Shown piece after piece: positions 20,728-30,124 of a stretch of 64,000 bases of DNA. Where the stretch lies: positions 640,001 through 704,000 of the forward strand of contig OZ245838.1 in NCBI GenBank assembly GCA_965228735.1. Reading direction: 5' to 3'. The position numbers were made by a program, and so were the translations under genes. The notes beneath the pieces were generated by a model. The model was not told where the DNA came from. It was given only the letters and a program-made list of their open reading frames with translations, and ran no database searches. The stretch is from Planctomycetota bacterium. GTDB taxonomy: Bacteria; Planctomycetota; UBA1135; UBA2386. Position 1 is the first letter of the stretch. Each line of letters starts with the position of its first letter.

Positions 20728-20741
20728 TTCGGTAGCGGTCG

Positions 20742-20855
20742 GGCCAGTCATCGAACGGCCAGTCATCGAACGGCCAGTCCTCCAACGGCCAGTCCTCCAA
20801 CGGCCAGTCCTCCAACGGCCAGTCCTCCAACGGCCGGTCCTCCAACGGCCGGTCA
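20742..20855. repeat. 15-bp tandem repeat, 7 full units plus a partial
   Basis: GGCCAGTCATCGAAC x2, GGCCAGTCCTCCAAC x4, GGCCGGTCCTCCAAC x1, GGCCGGTCA. Confidence 0.95.
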
Positions 20856-23800
20856 GCGCGGCAGGGTCAGCTCGATCGTTGCTGGCCCGGAGCTCGCGCT
20901 GGACCCAGCCGCCGGGGTGAACACGCCGAGCACGTCGCCGTCCTTGGTGCGCACCTCGAGGCGCCCCGGTGGGGCCGGGTCGAGCGTGATCCGGCCGTTC
21001 TCGTCGGTCTGGTTCGCGGGGTGCAGCAGGGTGCGCACTTCCGGGTAATCGACGGGGTGGAGGTCCAGCCGCTCGCCGCTCGCGGTCGTGCCGTCGGGCC
21101 AGCGCACGTCGACGTGCACGACGCGGTGCTCGAACACGAAGCTCTGCTCGACGCGCTGGCCGGAGCCGAGCGTCAGGCGTTCGGCCGCGAAGAGGTAGCG
21201 CGTGCGGTCGCCCTCGCCGTCCCACGACACGAACGGCAGGTAGCGATCGGGGCGAACGACCGCTTCGAACGTCGCGTTGGGCGTCAGGGCGATGTGGAAC
21301 CGGTCGCGGTCCCCGGGATCGGCGGTGAGCACGCCGAACCGACCGCGCGTCCACGCGGCCCCGTCGACGAAGACCCGACCGCTGAGCGTCGCGGGCAGCA
21401 GCTGCGAAGCGTCCACGTCCAGCTCGCGCGTCTCGCCGGCCTGCAGTCCGGCGACCGCCGCGATCGTCACGTTCTCGCTCGTGTAGGACCCCGAGCCGAT
21501 CCGCCATTCGAGATCGATGACGAGCGACCAGTCGCCGAGCAGGGCCTCGTCGAACGCGAACGTGCCGTCGGCGTTCAGCCGGGTGCGGCCGCCGCGCTCA
21601 CCGTTCGGGCCGACGAGGCGCAGCTGCGGGCAGGACAAACCGAGGTCGCTGTCCTCGGGTCGCACGATCGCGTGCATGGCAAGGTCGGCCGCGGACGGCC
21701 CGATGCCGGCGAGCAGCTCCGGCGGTCCGATCGTGCCGCGCACGACGGCGGTCGCCGGCAGTTCGAGTTCGACCGTGCGTCCCTCGGCCGGAACGACGCC
21801 GAGCTCGCGCCGTTCGCCCATCGCACCGCCGCCGCCCAGGACGAGCACGAGCCGCGGTTCGTCGACGGGCGCGCGCAGCACGCACCGCCCCTCGTCGTCC
21901 GTGCGCACCTCCTGCAGTCCGACGGCCATCTTGCGACCGGCGCCGATGCCCATGCGCAGCTCCTCGACCGAGAACAGCGAGGACCAGCTCTTGCTCGCCA
22001 TGAGGTGCACGAGTCGCACCTTCTTGCCGGCCACCGGTTCGCCGCGGCTGTCGCGGAGGATCACCTCGAGCGGCGCGTGCGGCGCGAGCTCCACTCGCAC
22101 CGGCTCGCTGCCGGTCTCCTCGACCTCGAACGCGATCATGTACGCCGTCGCGAGGTCGCCGCTCTCGGGGTGCACGCTCAGGCGGTAGCGGCCGACGGGC
22201 AGCTGCTCGAGCACGGTGCGACCCGCCGTGTGCGTCTCGGGGTCGGCCGGCCAGTAGAAGCGTTCGGGCGGGATCGCGAAGCTGTCCTCGTCGGCCCAGT
22301 AGTCGTGCAGGTATCGCAGTCCGAAGCGTTCGACGGGCTTGCCGGTGCGCGCGTCGACGACCTCTACGGCTACGTCGAACGTCGGTCGGCGCTCGACGCG
22401 CACGATCACGTTCTCGTCATCGAGCGGATACTCCCGCTCGGGGTCGGCGAGGCGGTAGCGTCGTTCGGTGCGCGCCAGCACGAGCTTCTCGTCGCCGTTC
22501 GCATACTCCGGCACGAGCTCGAACCGACCGTCCGGGCCGGTGACGCCCTTGCCGAGCGACGGCATGTCCGCGTGGAGCTGGAGCGCGAGACCGGCCGGCA
22601 CGGGGTTGCCGCTGATGTCGACGACGCGACCGCGAACGCTCGGCGTGCCCGTGGCGGTCGCCGGCGCGACGACGATTTCGTGTTCTCCCGTCAGTCCGGC
22701 GTCGAGCGTGAGGGCGCTGCCGGCGACGACCTGCCACGGGCTCGAGCCGCGCACGACCGAGAACTCGTAGGTGCCCGGGATCGGCAGCATCTCGGCGGCG
22801 AGGCGGCCGTCGGAGCCGCTCGTTCGTTCGTACGCGATCCAAGTCGAGAACATCGAGTCCGGCAGCTCCACGCCGCCCGAGGTGCGGCTGGCGTAGATCT
22901 CGACACCCGCGACGGGCATGCCGCGTTCGTCGACCACACGGGCGCGCAACTCGGCGCCGCGCAGCAGCGGCACGTCGCCGATGTCGATGTCGATGCCGTT
23001 TCGCACCGACGTCCACTCGGTGTCGACCGGCGTGTGTCCGGGGGCGATCGCCTCGAGGTAGACCCGCATCTTGGGCGACGGCGTCCAGGTCGCGGCGAAG
23101 CTGCCGTCAGGTGCCGCGTTGAACACGATCGGCTCGGGATAGCTGCGGAACGTCGGGTCGGACGTGACGAAGCGGCCGCGACCGAACGACAGAGTGACGA
23201 GGCCACCCGTGATCGGCGCGCCGTCGAAGGCGCTGACGATACGGCCGCGAATCGTGCTCGCGGCCTCGGCTGCCGGGCGCGGCTCGCCCTGGTCGGCCGC
23301 GACGCGCGTCTCGGGAGTCGGATTGGTGCGGGTGTCGTTCGGCCCGTCGACGTTCGCGGAGCTCGCCGCGACCTCGGTGGCGCCGGCAGCGTTCGCCGGC
23401 GGGGCGATGGACTGTCCGAACCCCGTGCTCACGGCCAGCACGAGCGCGGCGGCCGCGAGTCCGCCCAACGCCAGGAACGCGTGGCGCGTCGAGCTGCCGG
23501 TCTTCGCGAGGTTGCCGGTCGCGGAGGGCGTGGGCGGAACCGCATCGCCAGCGGACCCCGAGGTCGAGGCCGAATCGCGACCGGCCTCGCGGAGCACCGC
23601 AGCGCGCACGGCCGCGATCCCCGCGCCCGGCAGCAGCAGCGTCGCGAGCGCGCCGGCCAACCCCGCGGGCAGCAGCTGGCGCATGCGTTCGAGGCCGCGC
23701 TTGAGCTGGCCACGAACGGTCGCCGGCGGCCGACCGAGCGCGTGCGCGATCTCGGTGGGCTCGAGCCCGTGCACGATCCGCAGCACGAGCGCTTCGCGGA

Positions 23801-24209
23801 ACGGCGACGTGAGCGCCGCGAGCGCCTGCTCCACGCGCTCGAGCAGTTCGTCGGTCGCCGCCGCCTCGCTCGGGTCAGCGCCGAGTGCGGTGGCCGTCTC
23901 GACCAACTCGGCAGGCGCGGTCGGTCGGCGGTGCCGCAGGCGGCGCGCGAGGTCGACCGCGCGATGGCGCATGATGGTGGACAGCCACGGCAGGAGCGGC
24001 CGACCGCTCTGCCACTGCTCCGCGCGCTGCATTGCCTGCAGGAACGTCTCCTGGACCAGGTCCTCCGCCGCCGCCGGATCCGGCGTGACGTGTGCAGCTA
24101 CCAGGAGCAGGCGCGGGGCGACGCGGTCGAAGACCGCCGCGAGCGCCGCGTGGTCTGCGGCGGCGCGGAAACGTTCGAACAGGTCCTCGATACTCGGTTC
24201 GGTCAACAT
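20853..24209 (-). CDS. ECF sigma-70 factor fused to a TM helix and a large extracytoplasmic region with carboxypeptidase-regulatory-like repeats
   Basis: Sigma2 AEDLVQETFL..WL; sigma4 EIAHALGRPPATVRGQLKRG; TM AFLALGGLAAAALVLAV; repeated GRVVD..G.PV motifs. Confidence 0.88.
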   Translation of the reverse strand: MLTEPSIEDLFERFRAAADHAALAAVFDRVAPRLLLVAAHVTPDPAAAEDLVQETFLQAMQRAEQWQSGRPLLPWLSTIMRHRAVDLARRLRHRRPTAPAELVETATALGADPSEAAATDELLERVEQALAALTSPFREALVLRIVHGLEPTEIAHALGRPPATVRGQLKRGLERMRQLLPAGLAGALATLLLPGAGIAAVRAAVLREAGRDSASTSGSAGDAVPPTPSATGNLAKTGSSTRHAFLALGGLAAAALVLAVSTGFGQSIAPPANAAGATEVAASSANVDGPNDTRTNPTPETRVAADQGEPRPAAEAASTIRGRIVSAFDGAPITGGLVTLSFGRGRFVTSDPTFRSYPEPIVFNAAPDGSFAATWTPSPKMRVYLEAIAPGHTPVDTEWTSVRNGIDIDIGDVPLLRGAELRARVVDERGMPVAGVEIYASRTSGGVELPDSMFSTWIAYERTSGSDGRLAAEMLPIPGTYEFSVVRGSSPWQVVAGSALTLDAGLTGEHEIVVAPATATGTPSVRGRVVDISGNPVPAGLALQLHADMPSLGKGVTGPDGRFELVPEYANGDEKLVLARTERRYRLADPEREYPLDDENVIVRVERRPTFDVAVEVVDARTGKPVERFGLRYLHDYWADEDSFAIPPERFYWPADPETHTAGRTVLEQLPVGRYRLSVHPESGDLATAYMIAFEVEETGSEPVRVELAPHAPLEVILRDSRGEPVAGKKVRLVHLMASKSWSSLFSVEELRMGIGAGRKMAVGLQEVRTDDEGRCVLRAPVDEPRLVLVLGGGGAMGERRELGVVPAEGRTVELELPATAVVRGTIGPPELLAGIGPSAADLAMHAIVRPEDSDLGLSCPQLRLVGPNGERGGRTRLNADGTFAFDEALLGDWSLVIDLEWRIGSGSYTSENVTIAAVAGLQAGETRELDVDASQLLPATLSGRVFVDGAAWTRGRFGVLTADPGDRDRFHIALTPNATFEAVVRPDRYLPFVSWDGEGDRTRYLFAAERLTLGSGQRVEQSFVFEHRVVHVDVRWPDGTTASGERLDLHPVDYPEVRTLLHPANQTDENGRITLDPAPPGRLEVRTKDGDVLGVFTPAAGSSASSGPATIELTLPR

Positions 24210-24470
24210 TTGGGGGCGATGCGCACGAGGGGCGCCGGGCGTTTCCGAGTTTATCGCGATCGGCCGCGGGCGAGCCACGACGACGGCCTCGGCGACGACG
24301 AGCCGGCGCTCGCGCCCGGTCCTGCGCACCCGTCGGCGCGACGTTCACGGTGTTGCCGATCCTGCTCGGGTGCTGTCGGCCGAGCGTGGTGAACCGGCAA
24401 TGACGTCGGCGTGACGGTGCCCGAAACGTCGGTCTTTCGCCGGCCGAAGATGCACCTCATACTCCCGTCG

Positions 24471-25385
24471 ATGACCGAGGAACGGACGCGCGGTGGTGGC
24501 CGCGGGATCTTGCTGTGGGTGATTGCCGTCGTGCTGATGGCCGGCGCATACTCCTACCAGAAGCGCACCGGGCCGACCCATCCGATGAAGGGGTCGCTGC
24601 GCGTCGGTGACGACGAGGTTCGCTACGAGCTGCTGCGCAGCCACGAGACGACCCACGGGGCGCCGATCACCGTGCCGAGCCCGAACGGCAAGGTCACGGG
24701 GACTCTGCACTGGAAGAACTACCCGACCGAGGACGCGTTCGCGGCGCTGCCGATGAACGTGACCGAAGAGGAAGGCGCGTCCGTGCTCCAGGCGTCGCTG
24801 CCGAAGCGTCCCGCCGCCGGCAAGATCGAGTACTACCTCGAGCTCTCGACTCCGGCCGGTGCGGTGCGCATCCCCGAGGCCGGCGGCGAGAACGAGATCC
24901 TGCTCCGCTACAAGGACCCCGTTCCCGGCTCGATCCTGTGGCCGCACATCGTCGCGATGTTCTTCACGATGTTGATCGGCATGCGCGCCGGGCTGTCCGC
25001 GCTCTTCCAGCCGGCCACGGTGAGGCGCTACTCCTGGGCGACGCTCGTCATCATGACGACGGGTGGTCTCGTCCTCGGGCCGATCGTGCAGAAGTACGCG
25101 TTCGGGGCCTATTGGACGGGCTTTCCCTGGGGCTACGACCTGACCGACAACAAGCTGCTCATCATGTGGGCCGTGTGGCTGGTCGCTTGCATTTGGATGG
25201 GCGGCAAGCCGAGCGCGGATGGCAAGCAGTCGAGTGGCCTCGGGCGCGTCGGTGTCGTTCTCGCGAGCGTGGTGATGGTCGCCGTCTATCTGATTCCGCA
25301 CAGCATGCAGGGCAGCGAACTCGACTACGAGAAGCTCGAGCAGGGCGTGGATCCGAAGCACGCGATCGGGACCGGCGAGAAGTAG
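24471..25385 (+). CDS. conserved hypothetical membrane protein
   Basis: Multiple TM segments; YQKRTGPTHP, LGPIVQKYAFG..WTGFP..DLTDNK, IPHS motifs. Confidence 0.8.
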   Translation: MTEERTRGGGRGILLWVIAVVLMAGAYSYQKRTGPTHPMKGSLRVGDDEVRYELLRSHETTHGAPITVPSPNGKVTGTLHWKNYPTEDAFAALPMNVTEEEGASVLQASLPKRPAAGKIEYYLELSTPAGAVRIPEAGGENEILLRYKDPVPGSILWPHIVAMFFTMLIGMRAGLSALFQPATVRRYSWATLVIMTTGGLVLGPIVQKYAFGAYWTGFPWGYDLTDNKLLIMWAVWLVACIWMGGKPSADGKQSSGLGRVGVVLASVVMVAVYLIPHSMQGSELDYEKLEQGVDPKHAIGTGEK

Positions 25386-25394
25386 GACGCGGCC

Positions 25395-25865
25395 GTGAAC
25401 GGCGCGCAGCTCCACCTCCTCACGGTCCATCTGCCGGTCGTCGGCATTCTCGCCGCGCTGATCCTGATGGCCGTGGCGCTGGTTCGCGACTCGGAGGCGA
25501 TGGTGCGAACGGCGATCGGCTTCGTGGTGTTCGGGACGGTGCTCGCCGCGCCCGCCTACTTCAGCGGGCCCGACGCGTTGGCGGTCGTGCGGCGCTTCAC
25601 CGAGATCGATGAACACCTGGTGGAGCAACACGCGATCGTCGCGAAGGCCGCGTTCTTCGCGTCGGTCGTGGTCGCCGCCATCGGCGTCAAGATCTGGCGG
25701 GATTCGATCGCCGCGGCCACCGGCAAGGGGGTGCGGGTCGGGTTGCTGTGCGCGCTGCTCGCGATCGCCTGGCTCATGGCGTGGACGGCCCACCTCGGCG
25801 GCGTCATCCGGCATCCCGAGATCCGCGAGCCGAGCACGTGGGTCTTTCCCGAGCTGCCGCGCTGA
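25395..25865 (+). CDS. DUF2231-like membrane protein
   Basis: HLLTVHLP, PAYFSG, TAHLGGVIRHPEIR; four TM segments. Confidence 0.7.
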   Translation: MNGAQLHLLTVHLPVVGILAALILMAVALVRDSEAMVRTAIGFVVFGTVLAAPAYFSGPDALAVVRRFTEIDEHLVEQHAIVAKAAFFASVVVAAIGVKIWRDSIAAATGKGVRVGLLCALLAIAWLMAWTAHLGGVIRHPEIREPSTWVFPELPR

Positions 25866-25920
25866 GGCGGCGCCGCTGTCGGTCGTGGGTTCGGTCACCC
25901 AGGGCCGGGGGCTCGTCCGG

Positions 25921-26219
25921 CTACTTGTGCGAGTGGTCGCCGTCGCCCTTGTGGAACCTTAGCGTGTCGCTGCCGGCGGACAACGTGAGGTGATCGCCGT
26001 CGACCTTGCCCGTCCAGGAGTCGCCCTTGCCGTGGCCGTTCAGTTCGCACTCGACGGTGACTTTGCCGGTCGACTCGTCGACGGAGTAGGTGCCGCTGAG
26101 GTGGTCGTGGCCGCCGGTCTCGTCGGGCGCGGTATGCACGAGCAGCTCGTCGCTGTCCGACGAGAAGTCGAGCGTCATGCCCTTCGCTTCCGAGCCGGTC
26201 TCCTGGGACCAGCTGCCGG
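25921..26219 (-). pseudogene. 5'-truncated small beta-rich (lipocalin-like) protein
   Basis: Reads GSWSQETGSEAKGMTLDF...GTYSVD...LRFHK; upstream of ~26219 the frame loses coding character and hits a stop without start or signal peptide. Confidence 0.5.
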
Positions 26220-26356
26220 GTCGCGCGGGTGGACGGCGACGAAGCGGTCGTGACGGCCACCATCCGCTCGCGGGTCAGCGCCTGACGTTCCAGGTGCAGG
26301 TGCTCGACGTGCGCGAAGCGCCGGCGCAGAAGCAGCCGGCGAGCGACTCCGGTTGA
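26220..26356 (+). pseudogene. 3' remnant of a SlyD/FkpB-type FKBP peptidyl-prolyl isomerase, frameshifted
   Basis: VARVDGDEAVV / DGHHPLAGQRLTFQVQVLDVREA matches the SlyD DGNHPLAG.L.F.V.V..VREA motif; frame change at ~26251; no 5' part. Confidence 0.7.
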
Positions 26357-26413
26357 TGCAGCGGCTGTTGATCTCGACCGGTCTGGTCGAGAATCGTTCG
26401 TTGCAGGCCGGCG

Positions 26414-27589
26414 CTACTCGCTCGCGCCCGCCTTCTTCTTGCCGCGGCCGCGGCCGCCGCGTTTGCCGCGGCGGCGGCGGCGTGGCTTGTCCGCAGCCGT
26501 GGGCTCGTCGGCGTCGCGGGCGGGGGCCGGGGTCGCCTTCTTGCGGCTGGCTTTGCGGTTGCGGCGGCTCTTCTTCTTCGCCGGCGTTCTGGGGGCTTCG
26601 TCGAGCTCGTCGAGCTCGTCGTCGAGGTCGTCGAAGTCGTCGACGTCGTCCGCGGCTCCGGCGCCCGCCTTCTTGCGTCCACGGCCGCGGCCGCCGCGGC
26701 GACGGCGGCCCTTCGGCTTGGGCTGGTCCGTCTGCGACCAGCTCACGGGCGCGACCGTCTGCAGCGCGGCCTCGCTGTTGGCGCACAGCAGTTCGAGCTC
26801 GTTCCAGAGCTCGCGTTCGCGGTTCTGACTCAGGCCGAGCTCGTCGACGATGCCTTTGCGCTGCAGGAGCGTCGCGGCGACGACGACGCCACGCTTGAGC
26901 AGCGTGTTCTGTTCCTTCTGCTGCAGACTCGCGACGGCCGTGATCGGGTGCAGGCCGAGGCGGTCGATGCGGTCGCGCAGGCTGTCGTCCGCGGGATGGT
27001 CCCAGGCCAGCAGGTTCATGCCGACGCCTTCGCCGTAGGTGATCGCGTCCTTCGTGAAGCGACCGTTCGTCACGATCCAGAACGAGCCCTTGTGCTTGGC
27101 GCGGATGTCGGACGAACGGGCATGGATGTAGAGCGCGACCTTGATGTCGACCTTGCCGCCCGACTGCGAGCGGAACTTGCACTCCGCGAAGCGCAGCTCG
27201 TCGTCGCGGCGCGCGAGGATGTCGACCTCGTGGCGGACGAAGCGGCCGTCGATGCGCACGCCGGTGCGCGCGCGGAAGCCCTCGCCCTGCCACAGGCGCG
27301 CGACGAACATCTCGAACGGGATGCCGTCCGGTCCGAGTCGCTGCACGGCGCGCTGCAGGGAGTAGCGCGCGGCGAGGTCACGGCGCTCGCGACGAAGCAG
27401 TTTGTGCGCGATCCGATAGATCTCGGTTGTCGGCATGCCGTCGCGCAGGCTGTCCTCGACGGCATCGACGATCTCGCGCATTTGGTCGCGCGTCGCGCCA
27501 CTCCGCGACAGCGACTTGCGCAGCTTGGTGGGGCGGAACGGCTCCTCGGCGCCACTGCTCTTCTTGAGCTTGAGTTCGCGACGTGTCAT
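26414..27589 (-). CDS. ATP-cone domain plus Mrr-like PD-(D/E)xK endonuclease with Arg/Gly-rich tail
   Basis: LKKSSGAEEPF..KLRKSL (ATP cone); FEMFVARL, HEVDI, AECKF, VTNGRFT. Confidence 0.8.
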   Translation of the reverse strand: MTRRELKLKKSSGAEEPFRPTKLRKSLSRSGATRDQMREIVDAVEDSLRDGMPTTEIYRIAHKLLRRERRDLAARYSLQRAVQRLGPDGIPFEMFVARLWQGEGFRARTGVRIDGRFVRHEVDILARRDDELRFAECKFRSQSGGKVDIKVALYIHARSSDIRAKHKGSFWIVTNGRFTKDAITYGEGVGMNLLAWDHPADDSLRDRIDRLGLHPITAVASLQQKEQNTLLKRGVVVAATLLQRKGIVDELGLSQNRERELWNELELLCANSEAALQTVAPVSWSQTDQPKPKGRRRRGGRGRGRKKAGAGAADDVDDFDDLDDELDELDEAPRTPAKKKSRRNRKASRKKATPAPARDADEPTAADKPRRRRRGKRGGRGRGKKKAGASE

Positions 27590-27709
27590 TCGCGATGGTG
27601 AGTCGAGCACGGCGGGTGGCCGGCGTCACGGCAATTGTTGCGGCGGCCGTGGCGGCTGCGGCGCGCGTTCGGGGTTCGTTCGGCTGGCCGCCGCTGGGGC
27701 TCGGACCTT

Positions 27710-28243
27710 CTACCCGGCCGCCGCGACCGCCGCCGGATCGCGCGGGTCGACCTCGATCGTCGTCCACTCGAGCTCGCCGCTGCGCGCGTCCCCGCCGAAG
27801 CGCTGCGCCATCACCTCGGTCCGGTAGCGGAAGATCGACTCGACGTCGCGCCGGACCATGAGCCTCATCAAGAGGCCGGCGAGCGGGCCGCCCCTGGGGC
27901 GCATCAGCACCTCGTCGCCGAGTTGCGTGCCGCCGTCCACGGGCACGAACGTATGCGTGTGGTGCCAGAGCGCATACGGCCCGCGCAGCTGCTCGTCGAC
28001 GAACGCGCGCGGCGGATCCCAGCGGGAAATGCGGGTGCGCCAGCCCATCGGCAGCCCGCGCACGCGAATCTTGTAGTCGATGAGCGTGCCGTCGTGCATG
28101 TCGATCGGCGTGGGCGTCGCGATGGCGAAGCTCAGCCACGGTGGAGTGAGTTCACTGAGGTTCTGCGCGTCGGCGAAGAACGGGAAGACGTCCTCCGGCC
28201 GTTGCGGGATCCAGAGCTTCGAGCGCAGGCGCCAGGCGATCAT
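27710..28243 (-). CDS. SRPBCC family protein
   Basis: VFPFFADAQNLSELTPP, FVDEQLRGPYALWHHTH, IFRYR. Confidence 0.9.
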   Translation of the reverse strand: MIAWRLRSKLWIPQRPEDVFPFFADAQNLSELTPPWLSFAIATPTPIDMHDGTLIDYKIRVRGLPMGWRTRISRWDPPRAFVDEQLRGPYALWHHTHTFVPVDGGTQLGDEVLMRPRGGPLAGLLMRLMVRRDVESIFRYRTEVMAQRFGGDARSGELEWTTIEVDPRDPAAVAAAG

Positions 28244-28334
28244 CGCCGGGTCTTTCGAGCGCGCGGCCGCGATGGATGCAGCCTCCGGGCGGCGAGTCGT
28301 GGACTGCGGGCCCGGCGCGGGCATAGTCGCGGCC

Positions 28335-29999
28335 GTGATCGCGGCCCTCGACACCGACACCCAGGAGCAGCTCGCCACGGTGCTCTACGTCGGGACGGCC
28401 ATGGCGCTGGGGTTGTGGGCGGTCGTCGGGGCGTGGCGGTGGCGGGCAGTGCGAGCCGCCGACACGGGCGTGCTCGGCGTCCTGCGGCAGAACGGTGCCG
28501 GGCTCGTGGCCGCGCTCGTCATCACGCTGATCGCGCCGCTCGTGGCCGAGCCGCAGCTGCGGATGCAGTTCGACGAGACGAGCGTGTGCGGGGCCGCGCA
28601 GGGGATGCACCTGGAGCGCCACGCGATGATGGGCACGGCCGCGCTGCCGGCCGCTGGCGGGCTCGACGGGGCGACGGCGGTGGACCTCGTCGAGCACCAG
28701 CTCGACAAGCGGCCGCCGCTGCTCGCGTTCCTCGTCGCCGTCGCGCACGACGTCGTCGGCTACTCGGTGAACAATGCGTTCGGCGTCAATCTGACCGTGC
28801 TGTTCCTGCTGCTCGCGACGCTCGCCGTGGCGGTGCGCCGGCGGTTCGGGGTCGCGGCTGCCGTCGCCGTGCCGGTGCTCGTCGGCAGCGTGCCGCTCGT
28901 GGTCGCGGTCGCGACGAGCGCCGGCCTCGAGCTGCTCGCGGTGCTGGTGCTGGCATGGGTGGTGCTCGCGGCGCTCGGTCATGCCGCCAACCCGAGCCCG
29001 GCGCGCGGCGCGTGGCTCGTGGCGAACGTGTTGCTCGTGTCCTTCACGCGCTACGAGTCGATGCTGCTCGGGGGGCTGGTCGTCGTGCTGGCGCTCGTGT
29101 GCCCGTCGGCGGACGGGGCGCGATTCGCGGAGCGCTGGCGTCGGCGTGCCGGGATCGGGTGGCGCGGGATCGCCGTCGTCGCGATCGCGAGCCTGCTCGC
29201 GGTCCCGCTGCTCGTTCTCGCGTGGCACGGCAGTGACGCGGGGTTCTACCCCGAAGCGGAGGGGCGGCCCCTCGTCGCGGTCTCACATCTCTCGGAGCAC
29301 GTCGGACCGTTCATCGCCGCGCTGTTCGACCCGGGCCTCGGTCACGTGTGGCCGGGGCCGGTCGCGCTGGTCGGCGCGATCGCGATCGTCGTCTGGCTCG
29401 CGCGCGAACGGCAGCCAGGCCCGGCGCTGATCGTCGGTCTGCCCGTCATGGCCGGGACGGGCATCGTGCTGCTGTGGTTCTTCGGCGACGTCGCGGAGGC
29501 GACCGGCCGGCGGCTCTACCTGCCGATCGTCGTGCTGGTGTCGGCGGCACCGGCGTTGCTCGTTCCGCGCGACAACGGGCGCACGGTGGCCGGCGCGCTG
29601 CTCGCCGTGTTCGCGGTGACGATGGGGGCGCTCCGCTTTCACGAGGTCGCGACGACGCCGCTGCTGCAGCCGTTCCGCGCCGCGCGCGTCCTCGAACTCA
29701 TCGACGGCGTCGTCGCGGAGATCCCGCATCGAGCGGAACGCACGATGTGGGTCACTACCGTCGCGCAGTACTTCATCGTGAACGGCCGCGCGGCGGTGCC
29801 GCCGAAGACGTTCGACGCCGTCCGCGAGCGGCTCGGTGAGTTCGACGTGTTCGTGCTCGAGACGCCGTTCGACTCGGGCTTCGCACCGCTCGGCTCGCCG
29901 AGTGCGGTGCTGGCCCAACGGAGTCATCAACGCCTCGGCAGCCTGGACGACCCCGACACCGGAGAGCCCGTCGTCACGGTCTACCGAGTGCAGCAGTGA
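28335..29999 (+). CDS. polytopic membrane protein, possibly GT-C-fold glycosyltransferase-like
   Basis: More than 10 TM segments, FDE motif after an early TM, DKRPPL, TRYE. Confidence 0.6.
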   Translation: MIAALDTDTQEQLATVLYVGTAMALGLWAVVGAWRWRAVRAADTGVLGVLRQNGAGLVAALVITLIAPLVAEPQLRMQFDETSVCGAAQGMHLERHAMMGTAALPAAGGLDGATAVDLVEHQLDKRPPLLAFLVAVAHDVVGYSVNNAFGVNLTVLFLLLATLAVAVRRRFGVAAAVAVPVLVGSVPLVVAVATSAGLELLAVLVLAWVVLAALGHAANPSPARGAWLVANVLLVSFTRYESMLLGGLVVVLALVCPSADGARFAERWRRRAGIGWRGIAVVAIASLLAVPLLVLAWHGSDAGFYPEAEGRPLVAVSHLSEHVGPFIAALFDPGLGHVWPGPVALVGAIAIVVWLARERQPGPALIVGLPVMAGTGIVLLWFFGDVAEATGRRLYLPIVVLVSAAPALLVPRDNGRTVAGALLAVFAVTMGALRFHEVATTPLLQPFRAARVLELIDGVVAEIPHRAERTMWVTTVAQYFIVNGRAAVPPKTFDAVRERLGEFDVFVLETPFDSGFAPLGSPSAVLAQRSHQRLGSLDDPDTGEPVVTVYRVQQ

Positions 30000-30002
30000 C
30001 AC

Positions 30003-30121
30003 GATGGCGGTACCGAACCCGCTTCGATTCCGCCACGCGCGGGCGGCCGCAACTGGCCGACACGGCGCCGCTTGCAAGGGCGTGGGAGTGGCGGATTCGA
30101 AGCGGGTTCGGTACCGCCATC
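30003..30121. repeat. 119-bp REPIN-like palindromic element, copy 1
   Basis: 34-bp arms GATGGCGGTACCGAACCCGCTTCGA(T/A)TCCGCCAC in inverted orientation, 51-bp spacer. Confidence 0.85.
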
Positions 30122-30124
30122 TCG

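Noticed and set aside
20742..20855. Possible CRISPR array or small repeat protein (ORF 20657-20845, EDWPL repeats)
   Set aside because: Units are contiguous with no spacers, no cas genes are present, and the ORF is a by-product of a 15-bp period
21021..24392. Very long antisense or alternate-frame ORFs (also 6376-9027, 16981-19656, 53286-55979, 60826-63933)
   Set aside because: Arg/Ala/Gly-rich shadow frames expected at high GC, overlapping genes with clear family motifs
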